Source: Camelus ferus
Lineage: Eukaryota
Length of the DNA stretch: 64,000 nt
NCBI RefSeq assembly: GCF_009834535.1
Contig: NC_045707.1
Location: 48,548,001 to 48,612,000 of the forward strand
Direction of reading: 5' to 3'
Shown: one piece after another, positions 61,968 to 64,000 of the stretch
Numbering within the stretch: the stretch's first letter is position 1
How the letters are laid out: every line of letters begins with the position of its first letter
Translations under genes and position numbers: made by a program
Notes under the pieces: model-generated
What the model saw: only the letters and a program-made list of their open reading frames with translations
Database searches by the model: none
What the model was told of the DNA's origin: nothing

Positions 61968-62279
61968 GAGAGAAATAACAAGCAAGACTCAAAGTTCAGA
62001 AGAAATGGAATCTTTGGTAGTTAATTAAGATTTGGACCCAGAAAGGCAGTGTTTGCCAAGATAATTCAGAATGGTTGTACCTAGAGCGATGGGTCCATGT
62101 AAGAAAATAACCTAGTTTGTTTCAAACACACATCAGGTCCCTACCTGGGCCTCCTCAAAGTTCCTTAGGCTGAGAAGACATTGGGGCATCATGAACTCAC
62201 ATGTGTATGGAAGGAAAATGTGGTAATATGACATAACAAGTGCAGAGAGAGACAAACTAGTTGCCACAGAGGGAAACTG

Positions 62280-62610
62280 TATAGTAAAATCTCACCAGAT
62301 TTGAAAATCAGAAAAGCTGAATTTGAATGTGGAGTTTTCTGCTTTTCTCTTGTATGATCTTTTTTGAGAAACACAGGTAACCACTCAGTCTTAATTTTCT
62401 CAACAGTGAAGGAGGCCTACTAATACCTACTTCATAGGAGTAAATGATACTATGTATTAAAGTCCAAAAAAAAAAAAACAGTTTTACAAATGTAAGTGAT
62501 TGTAGCAACTCCAAACATAGTAATGATTACTTTTTTATTGAGAGTTTTCTATAAATCAGATACTACATTAATGCCTTTATGTACACAATCTCATTTAACT
62601 ATCATCTGTA
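62280..62610. mobile_element. Two MIR pieces, tail to tail (+ then -)
   Basis: ctaatacctacttcataggag...atgtattaaag, then ttttattgagagttttctat...atctcatttaa. Confidence 0.6.
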
Positions 62611-64000
62611 AATAAAATCATGCAAGAGTATCTAAAATAAATGTTGAAAACAATTCACAAAAACAAATGTGTTTATCTAAAATAATCTTTTCTAAGAAAT
62701 AGTTTACCAATAATTGTTAGTAGGATGCTTTCCCAGTTCAACACAAGAGATCAAAGTTTATCCACAGGAACCATGCCTGAAGATGTAGTACATGGAAAAG
62801 AAGAAATTCTCCCTTTACATAGAATTGTCTTGTTTCAAATAATTGAGTGACATGGAGGTTAAGTTTCAATGGAGATTAGAGAAAAAGATGATGGGTCAGA
62901 AGTGAAGAAGGGTGTTCTACTCACTTAATGTGGTCATTGGGCTTTCTTTGGTTAGCCTACCTGTATAGTGGAGGTGAGGTTATCAGGATATCAGAGCTAG
63001 GAGCAACAGCCAGGAAGACTATTCTACAAGGTTCATCTAGATCTCTCTACTTACAAAGCAGTATTCCCATGGTATATGACTTCCCAGGTGGGCATTTTGG
63101 CAAAGAGAGAAAGAACAAACCAGCCATGGATGTTGTTACATGTCAACTAAAATTAAAGAACAGTCTGATCTACCAGACTACTTAGTTTGATTTAACCAGA
63201 AACCTCAAGGACACTTTGACATGGATTATTCAAAATATGAGCAATTCAATAAGAATTTAAGTATGGTCCTAAAATACAATGTGAAAAGAGCAATTGCCAA
63301 CATTGGTCCTTAGAGGGGCTTGCTACTGGTTGTGGCAAGAGACAGGACAACTTTGTATAACAGAAGACATCTGAGCTGAGTTGGGGAGCTAAATGGAAAG
63401 AAGTCGTGTAAATTAAGTAAGATTTAAAGAAGATTCAGATCAAATCACGGAAATTTGAAGCCACTGGGGAAGAGCTAGGTCTTTGTGCCTCCACATCCCT
63501 CTACATCTTGCTCTGTACCTGAAGGAGACTGACATGAAGGAGGCATTGCATCATCCTTGCTTCCCTTTCCTGTTTGGGATCAGTCAACGGGAGGCAGTAG
63601 ACACCAACAGCACAGTGGAAGAAGGGAGGAAATTGAGGCTACGGATTCAGTTGCCTCATCGTCTCTCTGGCAGGTTACTGTAGGCTGGCTTTGTCGCTCT
63701 ACTAAGGCCACACTTCTGTCCCTCTACTAAGGCCACAGTCAAACCTCTAGATGCTGGTAACAGTTCCCTCCTCATTCTTTACAAAGCCCTTGATTTTGTG
63801 GTTCCCTTCCCCCTAGTCACATTTGAGTAGACAGTGCCTTGCTTCCCTCTTTTGTAAGGCTTCCCTCAATTACCAAACTTAAGTACAACTATATTCTGAT
63901 GATATCCTGATTGGTACATTTACGTAACAACACAACTGACGAAAAATCAAAAGTTCATTCTGCCCAGAGATTCTGGTGCAATTCCCAAAAGCCAGGTTTA

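Noticed and set aside
892..63683. The short ORFs of the six-frame track as host genes
   Set aside because: All are 146 aa or shorter with random-looking composition, and many overlap repeats; only L1- and ERV-derived peptides are recognisable.
1..64000. CRISPR array, operon or other prokaryotic/phage system
   Set aside because: The sequence is mammalian repeat-rich DNA with no repeat-spacer array and no gene-dense regions.

Overview
AT-rich, CpG-poor mammalian genomic DNA, most likely a camelid (alpaca, llama or camel). The evidence is a tRNA-derived Vic-1-type SINE at 20048-20186 and camelid-type L1 3' ends. I can support no host protein-coding gene. The only ORF-track peptides I recognise are decayed retroelement pieces (L1 ORF2 RT, ERV-L gag/pro/RT/IN), so the window is intergenic or deep-intronic. 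Much of it is interspersed repeat: L1, L2, MIR, Tigger and hAT DNA transposons, MaLR/ERVL/ERV1 solo LTRs, and two decayed HERV16-like ERV-L proviruses in divergent orientation (~34.0-37.8 kb on -, ~42.3-46.3 kb on +). Several insertions are nested and keep their target-site duplications (TSDs). A repeat-poor block at ~49.3-58.4 kb carries candidate regulatory motif clusters (CTCF-like, NF-Y plus MEF2, GATA, double octamer, RUNX/RBPJ). I found no convincing new biological system. The best leads are a back-to-back hairpin pair at 906-972, the motif-rich unique block and a candidate 9-nt microexon. Repeat family names come from my recall of consensus sequences, and boundaries are approximate unless TSDs or TIRs are cited.
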